A stretch of 5,527 nt of DNA from a virus: IMG/VR virus record IMGVR_UViG_3300045988_000440, positions 1 to 5,527 of that record; one strand, written 5' to 3'. Made by a program: the position numbers and the translations under genes. This document shows positions 5,341 to 5,527 of the stretch, piece after piece. The notes under the pieces are model-generated. The model was not told the DNA's origin, ran no database searches, and was given only the letters and a program-made list of their open reading frames with translations. Within the stretch, counting starts at the first letter, position 1; every line of letters starts with the position of its first letter.

Positions 5341-5527
5341 TAACTTGTTGTAGTCGTAGTAGTAGGGGCTGTGGAAAAGTTGAAAACCATGAATTTTTAT
5401 CCTTGGAACGATATTTTTTGGATTATTTTGATGTTGATACTTTTGTGGATAACTTGTTGAATTGTTGAAAGCGTAGCAATATGCACAAAACCATTTGTGC
5501 AACTTTTTGTGGAAAACCTGTTGAAAG
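5341..5527. repeat. A/T-rich intergenic region containing iteron-like direct repeats. TTTTGTGGAWAACYTGTTGAA occurs at 5441-5461 and at 5506-5526 (the latter identical to 7-27). TGTGGAAAAGTTGAAAAC lies at 5370-5387. Multiple GTTGAAA(G) copies are present, plus a (TAG/TCG)n trinucleotide run at 5350-5365.
   Basis: Read directly. With the copies at 25-51 this gives at least 6 GTTGAAA copies and 3 TGTGGAWAAC copies within about 200 nt across the circular junction. Confidence 0.7.
5482..5501. other. Perfect 8-bp hairpin tgcacaaa-acca-tttgtgca set among the iterons. It is a candidate protein-binding or ori-associated structure.
   Basis: The arms are exact reverse complements with a 4-nt loop. The hairpin sits between the two TTTTGTGGAWAAC repeat copies. 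Confidence 0.4.

Noticed and set aside
5317-5502. 61-aa minus-strand ORF in the intergenic region.
   Set aside because: It lies in A/T-rich repeat DNA on the non-coding strand. It has a low-complexity Tyr/Asn composition and no RBS.
1-5527. Integrated prophage with att sites or an integrase.
   Set aside because: There is no integrase or recombinase gene and no host flanks. The 33-nt terminal identity is explained by circular-assembly overlap rather than att duplication.

Overview
The window is a complete small circular ssDNA phage genome of the family Microviridae, with a gokushovirus-like layout. Bases 5495-5527 repeat bases 1-33 exactly, so the unit genome is 5494 nt and the window was linearised inside a long intergenic region. 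All supported genes are on the + strand, which fits the single transcribed strand of microviruses. In order they are: two or three small A/T-rich hypothetical genes with their own consensus sigma70-type promoters and a rho-independent terminator (about 160-840); a 39-aa very basic J/VP8-like DNA-binding peptide that is absent from the supplied ORF track; an 80-aa protein placed like VP5; a 158-aa VP3-like scaffolding candidate; the VP1 major capsid protein (549 aa); the glycine/serine-rich VP2 DNA-pilot/minor capsid protein (268 aa); and the VP4 rolling-circle replication initiator (340 aa) with Cys-cluster, HUH and double-tyrosine motifs. Circularly this reads VP4 - [long IGR + small-gene cassette] - J-like - VP5-like - VP3 - VP1 - VP2. 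Four gene junctions are translationally coupled by overlaps (TAATG, ATGAGTAA, ATGA x2). Purine-rich Shine-Dalgarno sequences (AGGAGG, AAGGAGG, GAGGTG) are used throughout, which argues for a host that uses classical SD-led initiation rather than a Bacteroidetes host. The most unusual parts are (i) the roughly 900-nt accessory segment inserted between VP4 and the packaging/structural block, (ii) the roughly 380-nt non-coding region across the circular junction, which carries iteron-like GTTGAAA(G)/TGTGGAAAAC repeats, two hairpins and a GC-rich structured island, and (iii) the regulatory arrangements: a promoter built into a terminator, and an SD-hairpin-start layout between VP1 and VP2. No lysis gene, tRNA, CRISPR array or integrase is visible.
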